Virus record (IMG/VR): IMGVR_UViG_3300029286_002355 | Coordinates: 122,120 to 186,119 of that record | Source of the DNA: a virus | Length of the DNA stretch: 64,000 nt | Direction: 5' to 3' (one strand) | Part shown: one piece after another, positions 9,624 to 20,097 of the stretch | Numbering within the stretch: position 1 is the first letter of the stretch | Layout of the letters: the number at the start of each line of letters is the position of its first letter | Notes under the pieces: generated by a model | Database searches by the model: none | Seen by the model: only the letters and a program-made list of their open reading frames with translations | What the model was told of the DNA's origin: nothing | Translations under genes and position numbers: made by a program

Positions 9624-10844
9624 TTATTTTTCCTCTTCTTCCATCTTCATATCATCGGAATTATCTTCTTCCATGGCAGGAGCTTCATTAACTTGTACCG
9701 CACTTACATCTCCCTTCAAAGGAGATACCGCTATGGATGGATTGTCGATAATTTCCTTAATAATAGGATTTATCTTAACTACATCTCCATTCTTATCCTC
9801 TTCTGGATCATCTTCATACGCTCCAACACAAGCGTTAGCAACAGTAAGAACCATATCATTCTTAACTAAATAATCCGCTAGTTCTACCATTGATTTACAG
9901 CCCGTATCAACATTTTTCTTGGCTTTCATCATATCCTTGCCAAGTTTGAACTCCCCTTCTCTTAACGATACCACCTTGTAATCTTTTGCTGCATTACAAA
10001 GTTTGACAACAGGATTCATGGCTGTTTCATCAAAAACGATCTCAAGAGTACATTGCCCATAGGGAGAAGCTACCTTGTTTTTCACAAACTGAACCCAACT
10101 AGAACGAGCAATGACCCTTTCGCTATTGCCTTCTTTAACTTTTATTTTCCTTCCGGGAGTAACTTTTATTCTAATATGAGAATAGAATTTTAAAGCTCTT
10201 CCGCCGGGGGTAGTTTCGGCATCACCAAACATGACATTCATCTTCTCTCTAATTTGGTTTAACAATACGCATATGGTTCCTGTACTACCGCAATGAGCTA
10301 TGATTTGCCTACAAGCCTTTGACATTGCTCTAGCCAAGAGCGCATAGTCCTGATCTCCAACCTTCCCTTCTAACTCTTTTGATGGAATTAGAGCGGCGGT
10401 TGAATCTACCACAACAACCCCAAATGCTCCACTCTTGCAAAGAAGAATAACGTAATCCAAAATCTTTTCGGCAGACATGGGTTCGTTAATTATATAGAGA
10501 CTCTTAACATCTACACCATGTTTTTTAGCCCATTTAGGATCAAATGATTGTTCCGCATCGACCAAACAACAAGGCAATCCCTTCTTTTGAGCAGAAGCAA
10601 TTAATTTAAGAGATAGGAATGACTTGCCGCCCGATTCCGATCCAAATATTTCAACAAGCTTCCCTTTTGGAACCCCGCCACAATTACTAGCTTTATCAAC
10701 ATCGGGATAATCAAACGATATAACGTCTATTACTTCATTTTCATTAACCTTATAGATAATCGGATCGCCTTTGTTGCCCATCAACTTTTCAATATTTGAA
10801 ATAACTGCATCAATATCTTTACATATTTTTTTAGGTCTAGCCAT
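9624..10844 (-). CDS. recA: RecA recombinase
   Basis: GGVPKGKLVEIFGSESGGKS, VDAEQ, VVDSTAAL, LNQIREK, TPGGRALKFY, KNKVASP. Confidence 0.95.
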   Translation of the reverse strand: MARPKKICKDIDAVISNIEKLMGNKGDPIIYKVNENEVIDVISFDYPDVDKASNCGGVPKGKLVEIFGSESGGKSFLSLKLIASAQKKGLPCCLVDAEQSFDPKWAKKHGVDVKSLYIINEPMSAEKILDYVILLCKSGAFGVVVVDSTAALIPSKELEGKVGDQDYALLARAMSKACRQIIAHCGSTGTICVLLNQIREKMNVMFGDAETTPGGRALKFYSHIRIKVTPGRKIKVKEGNSERVIARSSWVQFVKNKVASPYGQCTLEIVFDETAMNPVVKLCNAAKDYKVVSLREGEFKLGKDMMKAKKNVDTGCKSMVELADYLVKNDMVLTVANACVGAYEDDPEEDKNGDVVKINPIIKEIIDNPSIAVSPLKGDVSAVQVNEAPAMEEDNSDDMKMEEEEK

Positions 10845-10869
10845 TTTTCTCCTTAATTTTCTTTAGTAG

Positions 10870-10896
10870 AAAGCGGGGAAAAATGTTTTTCCCCGC
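10870..10896 (-). terminator. Intrinsic terminator
   Basis: GCGGGGAAAAA-cat-TTTTCCCCGC followed by TTT on the minus strand, after the SSB gene. Confidence 0.75.
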
Positions 10897-10907
10897 CTTC
10901 ATAGGAA

Positions 10908-11663
10908 TTAGAATTTGATATCTTCATCGTCACCGAATAAATCCTTATCTTCGGATTTTTCGGCAGGAGCTTCTGGCATAGACTCTTCTATTTTTGCCGC
11001 AGGAACTTCTTCTGTTTTCTCGTCTTTATCAGCCTTACTTTCTTTCTTCGGTGCAATTTTTTCAGAATCAGGAAGAGCATCCCATAGCTGCTTAATCTTT
11101 TCCAGAGACGTAGAAGCATACATGTCCTTTAGAGGAGCTTTCTTCGCCTTGAAGTTAGCAATCTCTTCATCTGTGAAAGGAGATGCCTTCTTCTTTGCAT
11201 TAGCCGCATAAGTAGCTTGCAACTTATTCCCATTGGGCCAAGCCACTGTAATAACAAAGTCAGATCCCTCTCTACCAGCAGGATCAATTTCGTTAACAGC
11301 CTTCTCTCTAGCAAAACATTTAAATAGACTACGGCCCTTTTCTAGAATTTTTAATTGACCATCAGCCCTGTCAATTACATGAATAGCAAATGTTACCCTA
11401 GGATAAAATTTTGCTAACCAAGCAGGATCTTCGTTCTTATATGCTTCGTCCGTAATCACCCTTTCTGTAAAAGGTTTCCAATGTCTTAAAAACTTGACAT
11501 GTTTTCCAATGAGCCGTACTGTATACTCACCGGGTTTGTCAAATTTCATGTATGGCAAGCGAGCCTTACCATTACTACCCTTGGATTTATCTCCGTCCTG
11601 ACCTTCAGTTTCTGGAGGAAAATCCGTATCCCAACTACCTTCATTTGCCTGTTTATCGCTCAT
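10908..11663 (-). CDS. Phage single-stranded DNA-binding protein (T4 gp32-like)
   Basis: PYMKF..PG.YTVRL, HW, FAIHVIDR.DG..KILE, acidic tail ending DDEDIKF (resembles bacterial SSB tip DDDIPF); next to recA. Confidence 0.7.
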   Translation of the reverse strand: MSDKQANEGSWDTDFPPETEGQDGDKSKGSNGKARLPYMKFDKPGEYTVRLIGKHVKFLRHWKPFTERVITDEAYKNEDPAWLAKFYPRVTFAIHVIDRADGQLKILEKGRSLFKCFAREKAVNEIDPAGREGSDFVITVAWPNGNKLQATYAANAKKKASPFTDEEIANFKAKKAPLKDMYASTSLEKIKQLWDALPDSEKIAPKKESKADKDEKTEEVPAAKIEESMPEAPAEKSEDKDLFGDDEDIKF

Positions 11664-11813
11664 ACTACTATCTCCTTTTGTTGTTACTGGTTATTGTTAC
11701 TGTTTTCTGTTCTTTACTCATTAGAGTAATTATACAGTAAATTTTTAAAATCTTAACAAAAATCTTAACTTTTTTTGGTGGGAATATAAGATAAGAATCC
11801 GGGCAAAATGTTC

Positions 11814-12668
11814 CTAGCTTTCAAACGATAATTCTTTTGCCTGACGTTTTCCATCAATAATTGTTTCTTTATCTTCATTGTCTAGTTCGCTTGGTTTTTC
11901 CCCAAGTGCTGCATACGTTTCTTTTTCAAAATCAAAATCTGGTAACGCTCCCCTTCCAATATCATGTAGTTTTAGTTGTAATTGGATAACGGTAACTCTT
12001 CTAGAAAGGGTATCACTTAAACTATCAAGGTTCCTTAAAATATGTAAGCAAGATTTCAAGCAAGCATCTGTTTGTGCAAAATCACGCTCAAAATCGCTTA
12101 ATCTATACGCCGCATCGCCTTTTCGTTTATCCGCACTAGATTCTTTTGAGAACCTTGACCAAGAATCTCTAAGAATATCCACGGCTCTCTTTTTAAAACT
12201 ATGGCATCTTAACAAGCCAATAAATATTTCTGATAATCGATCCTTGGCCGCTTGAACTTTTTCGAATTCCAAATTAATGACTTGAAGTGTAGGGGTGGGG
12301 CATGATTTTATGGATAACACCTTTAGTTCGGTATAGATAGCATCATAATCTAGTTCAGGAAGATACTTATATTGGAATAACATCCTGTCAACGACTTCTT
12401 GATAGGATTCGGGATAGTCATTCCCCATTAAAATAGGAATCACAAAATCTTGGTCTTTTAATTGCGCATGAGGCTTAAACGGTTCTACCAATTGAACAGG
12501 GCTTGATGGAACCGAACTACTTGTTGGATCTATTGTAGGATTAGCCGAAGAAGTAGGAAGCATAGGACTAGACGAACTTCCTTCATCTGTCAATTTAGTT
12601 GTTGTAGGCTTCTTGTCTAACAATCCTAGAAGCTCATCGTCTTCGTCGTATAATTCTTTAGAAGCCAT
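11814..12668 (-). CDS. Hypothetical coiled-coil protein (possible recombination mediator)
   Basis: 284-aa ORF with GAGG RBS in the replication cluster; function inferred from position only. Confidence 0.6.
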   Translation of the reverse strand: MASKELYDEDDELLGLLDKKPTTTKLTDEGSSSSPMLPTSSANPTIDPTSSSVPSSPVQLVEPFKPHAQLKDQDFVIPILMGNDYPESYQEVVDRMLFQYKYLPELDYDAIYTELKVLSIKSCPTPTLQVINLEFEKVQAAKDRLSEIFIGLLRCHSFKKRAVDILRDSWSRFSKESSADKRKGDAAYRLSDFERDFAQTDACLKSCLHILRNLDSLSDTLSRRVTVIQLQLKLHDIGRGALPDFDFEKETYAALGEKPSELDNEDKETIIDGKRQAKELSFES

Positions 12669-12719
12669 TTTACCTCAATGTCAATGCCAATGCCAATGCC
12701 ACAAAATTACTAGAAATTA

Positions 12720-13055
12720 TTAGATAGATTCGTAAACAACCACGTAATCGTTCCCGCTCAAAAAGGCTGTTTGTTTAGGAATTAATTTGAAAGTTAATGA
12801 TCCGATATCGTCTCTAGATATCGTAACTTTATCGCATCCTGCTACTTTACCTTTCCTAAATGCATCAATTGTTGGAGCCCCAGCTAAACCCGTAATATCA
12901 ACTTCCACTTTAACTGCCTCTCCAATTTTTCTATCCGAACATCGAACGGTAAACGAATCAATATTGTTTAACGAAGCTATTTTCCCAAAAGCCACTTCAA
13001 ACATATCAACAATTTCTTCACTACTTAATTTTTCAACCCTTATTTTCTTATTCAT
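12720..13055 (-). CDS. Hypothetical protein
   Basis: AGGAG RBS, operon position. Confidence 0.6.
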   Translation of the reverse strand: MNKKIRVEKLSSEEIVDMFEVAFGKIASLNNIDSFTVRCSDRKIGEAVKVEVDITGLAGAPTIDAFRKGKVAGCDKVTISRDDIGSLTFKLIPKQTAFLSGNDYVVVYESI

Positions 13056-13081
13056 GCCTATTCTCCTTTCTCTTATTATAC

Positions 13082-13630
13082 CTATTCGAACAAATCTTTA
13101 TCGTCATCATCAAAGAATTGTCCTAAATCTTCTTTATCTGTTTTTTCGGATATTTCTGATTTTTCAGCTTCTTTGGTCTTTTCGTTTTCGTTCCCAGCAG
13201 GACTATCATCTTCAAAAAGATTCTTGACATCTTCTTCTACAATCTTTTGAACAGGTGTTTCTTCGGGAATAGGTATTTGACTATCTTTGTTATTTTTTTG
13301 TTCGGCAGCGGCTTGAATTACTTTTTCTTTGGCTCCATTAGCTATATTGGGAATAGGGCCATTTTCCAACCAAGCAGGAATGGCTTTTTGAATAGCCTCT
13401 TGAACTTCAACCGCCTGATCAACGCCTTTACCTAATCGTTCGGGGATGGCTTTCATACTACGAATCATATTAGTTACAAGCTCGTCCCTTAAAGCATCTT
13501 CCTTGGCAATTCTCACTGAATCTGAATCAAACTCTATTTCCTCTTCGGCATTTTTAGTTAGTTCGATATGTTGGTAGTTGCCTACGTTAATACGAATATT
13601 AATGCACTCTGCTATTTTTCTTTTCGCCAT
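13082..13630 (-). CDS. Hypothetical protein with acidic tail
   Basis: AAGGAG RBS, promoter motif at 13660-13667, C-terminus FFDDDDKDLFE. Confidence 0.65.
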   Translation of the reverse strand: MAKRKIAECINIRINVGNYQHIELTKNAEEEIEFDSDSVRIAKEDALRDELVTNMIRSMKAIPERLGKGVDQAVEVQEAIQKAIPAWLENGPIPNIANGAKEKVIQAAAEQKNNKDSQIPIPEETPVQKIVEEDVKNLFEDDSPAGNENEKTKEAEKSEISEKTDKEDLGQFFDDDDKDLFE

Positions 13631-13682
13631 ACTTCTCCTTGTAATGTTTATTTGAAGATATTATACAACAAAAAATATAAAA

Positions 13683-16619
13683 CTATAATTTTATGGTAGA
13701 TGATCCCAATCTATCAAAGACAGAACCACCACCCATCTTTTTCGTGTATTCATCTCGTTTTTTCTTCTGCGCTTTTCCTTTGTCTACTTCATCTCTAATC
13801 TTTTCATATTGTTCTAGTAATGTCGCCTTTGGAACATGCCAGCATTCATCCATACATCCCGCCTTAACCAAAAAAGAGAAAACCCTGCTAGTCACTCTTC
13901 TTCTGTCAATTCGGTATAGAAAATCTTTAATATCAGTAAAAGGTTGATTTTCGATAATGCTTTCTACTGCTTTTTCACCAACATTTTCAACAGTCGTCAA
14001 TGGGCATCTAATGAAGTCGCATTCCTGACCATCTGAATTTTTACCCCTTGAAATCTTGAATTTAGCTTTACTCTTATTCAAATCTGCAGGTTTAATAACC
14101 AATCCCATTCGTTTAGCTTCATCTTTATAGCGATTTAATTTCTTGTCTTTGTCATTGTTCTTTATTTCAGATGACAAAAGGTTGCACATAAATTCTATGG
14201 GGTAATATATTTTTAGCCATGCCGTTTGATAAGCTATAAAAGCATAAGCCGTACTATGAGATGCATTAAACCCATAACCTCCGAAATATTCTATTTGCTC
14301 AAATATTTTTTTGGCAATGGCTTCACTAATCCCATTTTTCTTACATCCCTCAATAAACTTTTCATCCAGCTTTTCTTTCTTGATAAGTTCTGGTTTCTTT
14401 TTTCCAACAATCTTTCTTAGGGTATCAGATTGCCCCTTGGTAAACCCCGCTAATTCCTGAGAAACTTTCATCAAAGACTCTTGGAACACCATAATTCCAT
14501 AAGTATCTTTTAGTATTTCGCCCATTTTTGGATGAAGATATTCTACCTTCTTCCGTCCATTTTTATAATCCGCATATAAATCTGGCACCCCTGCACCCAA
14601 TGGCCCCGGACGATAAAGAGCATTACAAACAACCAAATCATTGAACGAATCCACATGAATATTTTTCAGGAGTTTAGAGATGCCCCAAGCTTCAAACTGA
14701 AAAATACCCCAATTATCCATATTCTTCTGCCCACCATGGAACAGAGATAAAACCTTATTATCTGTAGGCTCTAATTTGTCTATATCGAAATCATCCTTAA
14801 TCTTGTCGGGATGCCTTTCTCTAATCATTTTAACAGTATCTTCTATAACCGTAAGCGTTTTTATGGCTAAGAAATCAAATTTTAACAAACCCAGCTCTTC
14901 CACTTCATCTTTATCAAACTGGGAACAAATTTGATCATTAGATTCTCTCACAGCAATATGATCAGTAATTGGATCTTTACAAATAACAATACCGGCAGCG
15001 TGAACACCAGAAGATGATATGGTATTTTCTATATGCATAGCGGCATCAAGCAATTCAGGGTAATTTTCAATAGCCCTTCTAAAATCATTACTGTCTTTTA
15101 ATGCACTTTCAAGCGTCACGTTGGGGCCAAAAGGAATAGACTTGGAAATTTGATCTGCTAAACTTAAACTATTCTTGGTTAATTCAACTTTAACTTCGGG
15201 ATTCTTCTGCTTTCTTGCCTGATAAATATCCCAGTCCTTACCAATATCTAGTGCTTTAGCGGCATATCGAATTACTGCCCTAGCCTTAAAGCTATTGTAG
15301 GTTGCTATTTTGCAGCAATGATCTTGTCCATATTTTTGATAAGCATAATGATAAATTTCATTTCTTCTAAAATAGTCGAAATCTATGTCTGCATCAGGGG
15401 GGCTTACTCTATCGGGATTAATAAAACGTTCAAACAATAATCCATATTTTATTGGATCTAATTTTGTAATTCCTAAAACGTATAAACAAAGACATCCTAC
15501 ACCGCTTCCTCTTCCAGCCCCCCATCTTATTCCACTCTGTTTTGCGAAGTTAATAATGTCCCAAAGAATAAGAAAATATCTTACAAATCCACACTTTATA
15601 ATTGAATCCATTTCAAATTTAATACGAGTTCGATATTCCGCTTTATCCATCAGCCCTTTTGACTTCATGCCATCTGTAACTAAGGTTTTTAGATAAGCTA
15701 TATCATCTGCGAAACCATCGGGAACAGCAAAGTAAGGAAGTAAATCAGGTTCTTGCTCCATTAATCCTGTTTCTACTTTTTCTGCTATCTCAACCGTGTT
15801 AGAAAGCATTTCTGGGGCCGATTTATAAAGACTAAACATTTCATCATAAGACTTAAGATAAAATTCGTTGCTGTTAAAAGTGAAACGATCAGGATTTTTG
15901 ATGTGATCTCCTGTTTGCATGGAAAGCAAAATATCCTGATACTTGGCATCTGATTTTTTAGCATAATGAGCATCGTTCGTACAAACAGGCTTAACCCCCA
16001 TTTTTTTTGCAAGCTTAAACAGTTTTTTAGCTATTTCCTTTTCCTTGTTCGCCTGCGCAAGACTTTCTGGATAATATTTATGCATCATGATTTCGATATA
16101 AAAATCATCACCAAAAAGATCTTTATAATTCTTGACAAAGGTTTCGGCACCCACATCATCTCCTGATAAAACTTTGCTAGGTAGTTCTCCTGCGGGACAT
16201 GCCGTTAAACAAATGATTCCTTCGTGATACTTTTGAAGTAATGGGAAATCAATACGTGGCTTCCGATATTTCCCTTCTATCTCCGCAACACTAGCTAACC
16301 GCATGATATTTTGTAAGCCTTTCCTATTCTTTGCCAACAATATGAGATGGTTGATCTTTGTTTCTTTTTCCTTGATTAAATGATCTTCGGTAATGTAAAC
16401 TTCATCTCCCAGAATAGGCTTGATACCCTTATCTTTGCAGGATTTTTGAAAGGAAAATAATCCACCCACAGTCCCATGATCTGTTATAGCAAGAGATTTA
16501 TAACCATGTTCTACTGCCGCTTTAGTCATGGCTTCTGTAGAGCATAAGCCATCTAAAAGTGAATATTCGGAATGATTATGCAAATGAACAAATTTTTCTC
16601 CAGTGGTTCCGTCAGACAT
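13683..16619 (-). CDS. dnaE: DNA polymerase III alpha subunit (family C), C-terminally short
   Basis: PHP FVHLHNHSEYSLLDG, GRGSG, PDADIDF, KFDFL, GFNASHSTAY, HhH; no intein seen. Confidence 0.95.
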   Translation of the reverse strand: MSDGTTGEKFVHLHNHSEYSLLDGLCSTEAMTKAAVEHGYKSLAITDHGTVGGLFSFQKSCKDKGIKPILGDEVYITEDHLIKEKETKINHLILLAKNRKGLQNIMRLASVAEIEGKYRKPRIDFPLLQKYHEGIICLTACPAGELPSKVLSGDDVGAETFVKNYKDLFGDDFYIEIMMHKYYPESLAQANKEKEIAKKLFKLAKKMGVKPVCTNDAHYAKKSDAKYQDILLSMQTGDHIKNPDRFTFNSNEFYLKSYDEMFSLYKSAPEMLSNTVEIAEKVETGLMEQEPDLLPYFAVPDGFADDIAYLKTLVTDGMKSKGLMDKAEYRTRIKFEMDSIIKCGFVRYFLILWDIINFAKQSGIRWGAGRGSGVGCLCLYVLGITKLDPIKYGLLFERFINPDRVSPPDADIDFDYFRRNEIYHYAYQKYGQDHCCKIATYNSFKARAVIRYAAKALDIGKDWDIYQARKQKNPEVKVELTKNSLSLADQISKSIPFGPNVTLESALKDSNDFRRAIENYPELLDAAMHIENTISSSGVHAAGIVICKDPITDHIAVRESNDQICSQFDKDEVEELGLLKFDFLAIKTLTVIEDTVKMIRERHPDKIKDDFDIDKLEPTDNKVLSLFHGGQKNMDNWGIFQFEAWGISKLLKNIHVDSFNDLVVCNALYRPGPLGAGVPDLYADYKNGRKKVEYLHPKMGEILKDTYGIMVFQESLMKVSQELAGFTKGQSDTLRKIVGKKKPELIKKEKLDEKFIEGCKKNGISEAIAKKIFEQIEYFGGYGFNASHSTAYAFIAYQTAWLKIYYPIEFMCNLLSSEIKNNDKDKKLNRYKDEAKRMGLVIKPADLNKSKAKFKISRGKNSDGQECDFIRCPLTTVENVGEKAVESIIENQPFTDIKDFLYRIDRRRVTSRVFSFLVKAGCMDECWHVPKATLLEQYEKIRDEVDKGKAQKKKRDEYTKKMGGGSVFDRLGSSTIKL

Positions 16620-16620
16620 A

Positions 16621-16824
16621 TTAATCCCACCTTATTAAAGCAACATCTTTTGTTTTGTATTCTGAAATAAAAGGCACCTGAACTTTAGATAATTCTACTC
16701 TACTCATGGGACCATTGTTCCCTTCTATCTCATCACAAACATATACTTCTAAATTTTTGTCATAAGATTTTAAAGCCTCAATTAACTCTTTGATATTCAT
16801 GTTTATTTTCCTATCTAGATCCAA
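16621..16824 (-). CDS. Hypothetical protein
   Basis: Common small phage ORF type (ELIEALKSYD..LEV). Confidence 0.55.
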   Translation of the reverse strand: MDLDRKINMNIKELIEALKSYDKNLEVYVCDEIEGNNGPMSRVELSKVQVPFISEYKTKDVALIRWD

Positions 16825-17302
16825 AAATCTTGACCGTATAAGATTCCTGTCTTTGATAAATTACTCCGTGGATGAAATAAAGAAGACGATCTACAAATTC
16901 AACCCAATTGTAATTTTCAATATTTATATTCCTAATGCATTCATAAGGCTCTTCACCAAAATTCAAACCAGAATGTAATGGATAAACCGGAGTCTTAATA
17001 GCAATATTCTTCCCATCCATCCATACATAAATACGTTTACTAAATCCCTTCTTCCCTATAATAAATCCTGTGCAAAACAAATCGCTTTCAATAGAACTAT
17101 CAGAAGGAGCACTTGTGATATTATCGATTACTCCCTCTGACACAAAACAATCCAATATTGCCTTAACTCTTGTTACCATTTTACCCAGCAACAACTTGTG
17201 ATCATCGTCTATCTTAGTAGGCAAAAGACCTACCGCTTCCCTAAATGAATTATGAGCGGTTTTTATTCTTTCTCGTATTAATGGTGTATTTAACGGTTCC
17301 AT
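16811..17302 (-). CDS. Hypothetical protein
   Basis: AAGGAG RBS, operon position. Confidence 0.6.
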   Translation of the reverse strand: MEPLNTPLIRERIKTAHNSFREAVGLLPTKIDDDHKLLLGKMVTRVKAILDCFVSEGVIDNITSAPSDSSIESDLFCTGFIIGKKGFSKRIYVWMDGKNIAIKTPVYPLHSGLNFGEEPYECIRNINIENYNWVEFVDRLLYFIHGVIYQRQESYTVKIFGSR

Positions 17303-17311
17303 TATATCTCC

Positions 17312-17887
17312 TTATTCGTATTCAAATATGCGGGTAGTCAAATATACAGGTATTATGTGATCTACCTTACTATATAAATCCTGAAATGTTCCATTGTTCT
17401 CTAAAATATATTCTGCTTCTAAGTCATAGGCTTCGCTTGCATGCCCTTGAAGACCAACCACCCCGTTACACCCTTCTCTTACGGTTTTCATGGAAACAAA
17501 CGGCATATGATTCTTCAACGCATTATCTTTGAAATATTGAAGCTCATTGGGGAATCGGACATCGGTAACAACATAATTATTATCTTTATCGTCGCAAATT
17601 CTATACCAAAGAGATTTGACCCATATAGCATCATCTATGTTTTCTCTAAAAAGCTCCGTGCCTATAAACTGCAATAACTTTCTAACTGTCCAACCCGGCC
17701 AGCTCTCCAAAGGTTGTTCTCTTGCCATCCTATCATAAACCATATGCTTATCTAAAACAAAAACATCTTCAACCAGTCTTTTGATAGGATCAGCCAAGGC
17801 TATTCGCTTGAAGCCATATTGCTTAACCAAGTAATCTCCAACGGTGTCCTTCCCGCTTCCTGCTTTTCCGCAAATCCCAACCAGCAT
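17312..17887 (-). CDS. Deoxynucleoside monophosphate kinase
   Basis: GICGKAGSGKDT, RKLLQFIGTE, WVKS, TDVRFPNE, HASE. Confidence 0.85.
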   Translation of the reverse strand: MLVGICGKAGSGKDTVGDYLVKQYGFKRIALADPIKRLVEDVFVLDKHMVYDRMAREQPLESWPGWTVRKLLQFIGTELFRENIDDAIWVKSLWYRICDDKDNNYVVTDVRFPNELQYFKDNALKNHMPFVSMKTVREGCNGVVGLQGHASEAYDLEAEYILENNGTFQDLYSKVDHIIPVYLTTRIFEYE

Positions 17888-17947
17888 AATCTTCTCCTTT
17901 GTATTTTGCTATATTATACAGGAGAAAAATAAGACGTTGGTAAATAA

Positions 17948-18832
17948 TTACTTTTGTGAATCTTGAGGGTCTTTCCCGTTAAACACAACATCGACCTTAT
18001 TTGTTATCTTATTAAACGGAGGCATTTCAATCTCTTTAATTTCGGTTCTTTCTACCATAAGATCGGGATTCTTCCTTGCCTCATGTTTGGGCGGAAGTTT
18101 ATCAAGTTCTTCCATGGTAAATTTTTTAGTCACGATTCTTCGTTGGACATAAGTTCCACGTTTGAAGAAGGCAGGGTAATCATTAAAGTTTACCCCTTTC
18201 TTAAATAACATCTCTTGTTTTTCAGATCCATTCTTGCAATACAGTTCCTTGTCAGAATAAAATTCGCTTGCCGCCATTGAAATGCTGTTCTTGGTAGCAT
18301 CCTGTTCTCTCCATAAAAGAGTATTACAGGCTTCTATTTGATTGGGAACCATCCATACCCTGCAATCAAAAACAGGCAACATCATGGCTTTTTGAATCCA
18401 AAGATTGTGATTATCTAGTTCCCCTTTACTATTATGTTTAAACTCCATCCTAGATTTCGATTCAAACAATCCACTTCTGATAAGGGTATTGAAGTATACT
18501 GAACACATGGATGCAAGTACCGATGTCATCTTTTGAATTCTTCCATCAAAAAATACTTGACTTTCAGAACTATCGCTATAAAAGATAAGAGATATTTCGT
18601 CAGACTGAGTATATCCAATTTTAGCATTGGTTTCTTCAACCATATACTTAGTTGTTTCTATCATCAGTCGAGAGAAAATTTCATCATAGGGTCTCCGCAT
18701 TCCTTCGGTAAAATGATGGAAACTTTTACCATCTAATCTTGCGCAAATGGGTAATAGGGGAATAAACCGCCTATCGGATTCCTGCCCTTCATATGACTTT
18801 ATTCTATCGCCTAGTGAATCTTTAGTCTTCAT
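17948..18832 (-). CDS. thg1: tRNA(His) guanylyltransferase / Thg1-like protein
   Basis: RLDGKSFHHFT, GYTQSDEISL, FDGRIQK, FDCRV, WREQDA..NS. Confidence 0.9.
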   Translation of the reverse strand: MKTKDSLGDRIKSYEGQESDRRFIPLLPICARLDGKSFHHFTEGMRRPYDEIFSRLMIETTKYMVEETNAKIGYTQSDEISLIFYSDSSESQVFFDGRIQKMTSVLASMCSVYFNTLIRSGLFESKSRMEFKHNSKGELDNHNLWIQKAMMLPVFDCRVWMVPNQIEACNTLLWREQDATKNSISMAASEFYSDKELYCKNGSEKQEMLFKKGVNFNDYPAFFKRGTYVQRRIVTKKFTMEELDKLPPKHEARKNPDLMVERTEIKEIEMPPFNKITNKVDVVFNGKDPQDSQK

Positions 18833-19034
18833 AATTTCTTTTCCTAATATCGAAATCCATCCTTACGCCACAAATAGTACAACGCCCCCTATGATAACGA
18901 TGAATACATGGCTCAAAAAAATGAAATTTACAATGGGGACAATAATAATGCATTCTGTCTTCTGAATTGGGGAATGAATCCATTTCGGACTTGCTACCTT
19001 TCCATTTACATTTAGAGCATTCGAATATCTTCAT
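18822..19034 (-). CDS. Hypothetical zinc-finger protein
   Basis: Several CxxC pairs; coupled to neighbours. Confidence 0.55.
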   Translation of the reverse strand: MKIFECSKCKWKGSKSEMDSFPNSEDRMHYYCPHCKFHFFEPCIHRYHRGRCTICGVRMDFDIRKRNYED

Positions 19035-19495
19035 ACCTCCAAGTCCTTTATGGGGTTTATAGATTCTGTATCAATATTTTGTGTTTTTTCGCTAATTTTT
19101 TTAATATCGAATCCATTGTCTAAAATAACTTTTCTCAGGTATTTACAACCATTATCTGCTATAGCACTAAAAGATGGATACATAAAAGCCGAAGGCATAT
19201 CTTTACCCATTGTTTTTTCAAATGCCTTCCAAGCTTTTCTTTCTTTTTTGCTCATGAGAACACTTTGCGGTTTCATTTTAGACTCTTCATGCATGGCGTC
19301 ACATAGTCCCTCATGTAAGAAGTGCAAGGCGGCTTCCAATTCCATACATTTAGGCTTAATAAGGGTTCTACAACTTACTCCACCCTCTTTAACTACTACC
19401 AGCCAAGTGCCTCTGGAAAGCCCCTCATAAGCATAAGGATCATTGTAGACGATATATTTCTTCCCACGTTTGATATAAAATTTTTCACCAGACAT
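19031..19495 (-). CDS. Hypothetical protein (ends PIKDLEV)
   Basis: ATGA-type coupling; C-terminus shared with 46595..47146. Confidence 0.6.
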   Translation of the reverse strand: MSGEKFYIKRGKKYIVYNDPYAYEGLSRGTWLVVVKEGGVSCRTLIKPKCMELEAALHFLHEGLCDAMHEESKMKPQSVLMSKKERKAWKAFEKTMGKDMPSAFMYPSFSAIADNGCKYLRKVILDNGFDIKKISEKTQNIDTESINPIKDLEV

Positions 19496-19497
19496 GA

Positions 19498-20052
19498 TTA
19501 TCCTTGGGGCTTATTGGGATCTACATCTATAGGAGATTTTACTATAGGATGCTGCTCTGTCAAGTCTCCTGCCACTGTAGTCCAATGTTCCTCCTCTTTT
19601 TCCAGCGGCTTAGCGTTTTTTAAAATATCCCCTGCTTGAGCAATACCGCTACCCTGATTGTTTGGGTTCTTCATTTTCTTAAAATTGCGCCATCTCCCAT
19701 GTCTACGCATTCTCTTGTCCTGTCGATTGGTATTAGGACATGACTTTTCGGACACTTTTTCTGTTGGCACCACATCTGTTTTAATTTCTTTGTCAGATGG
19801 TTCCTTAACAGCCATGAAAGCTAATATCTTGAAAACAGGAATAGCATAATCTCCATCTAAAAAAACAAATCCGCATTCAAAGGAGTCCCTAATGAATTTT
19901 ACAAAGTTATCCCGATAGGACATCCCAGTATCATATTTAGTATTCAAGTCAGAAAAAGAAACAAAACCTTGAGCTTTTTCTGTCTTCCAAATTCCAATTC
20001 CAATGGATAAGTCTTCAACTTCCTTCTCAAAAATAATTTTAATTTGCTTCAT
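19498..20052 (-). CDS. Hypothetical protein
   Basis: AAAGGA RBS; divergent promoter pair at 20065-20091. Confidence 0.55.
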   Translation of the reverse strand: MKQIKIIFEKEVEDLSIGIGIWKTEKAQGFVSFSDLNTKYDTGMSYRDNFVKFIRDSFECGFVFLDGDYAIPVFKILAFMAVKEPSDKEIKTDVVPTEKVSEKSCPNTNRQDKRMRRHGRWRNFKKMKNPNNQGSGIAQAGDILKNAKPLEKEEEHWTTVAGDLTEQHPIVKSPIDVDPNKPQG

Positions 20053-20097
20053 ATTAATCCTTTCTGTATAATGCCTTTGTTCAATTATACTTGAATT

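Noticed and set aside
9624-16619. Inteins or introns in recA and dnaE
   Set aside because: Motif spacing is continuous and no C/S...HN-C/S/T splice junctions or LAGLIDADG inserts are seen.
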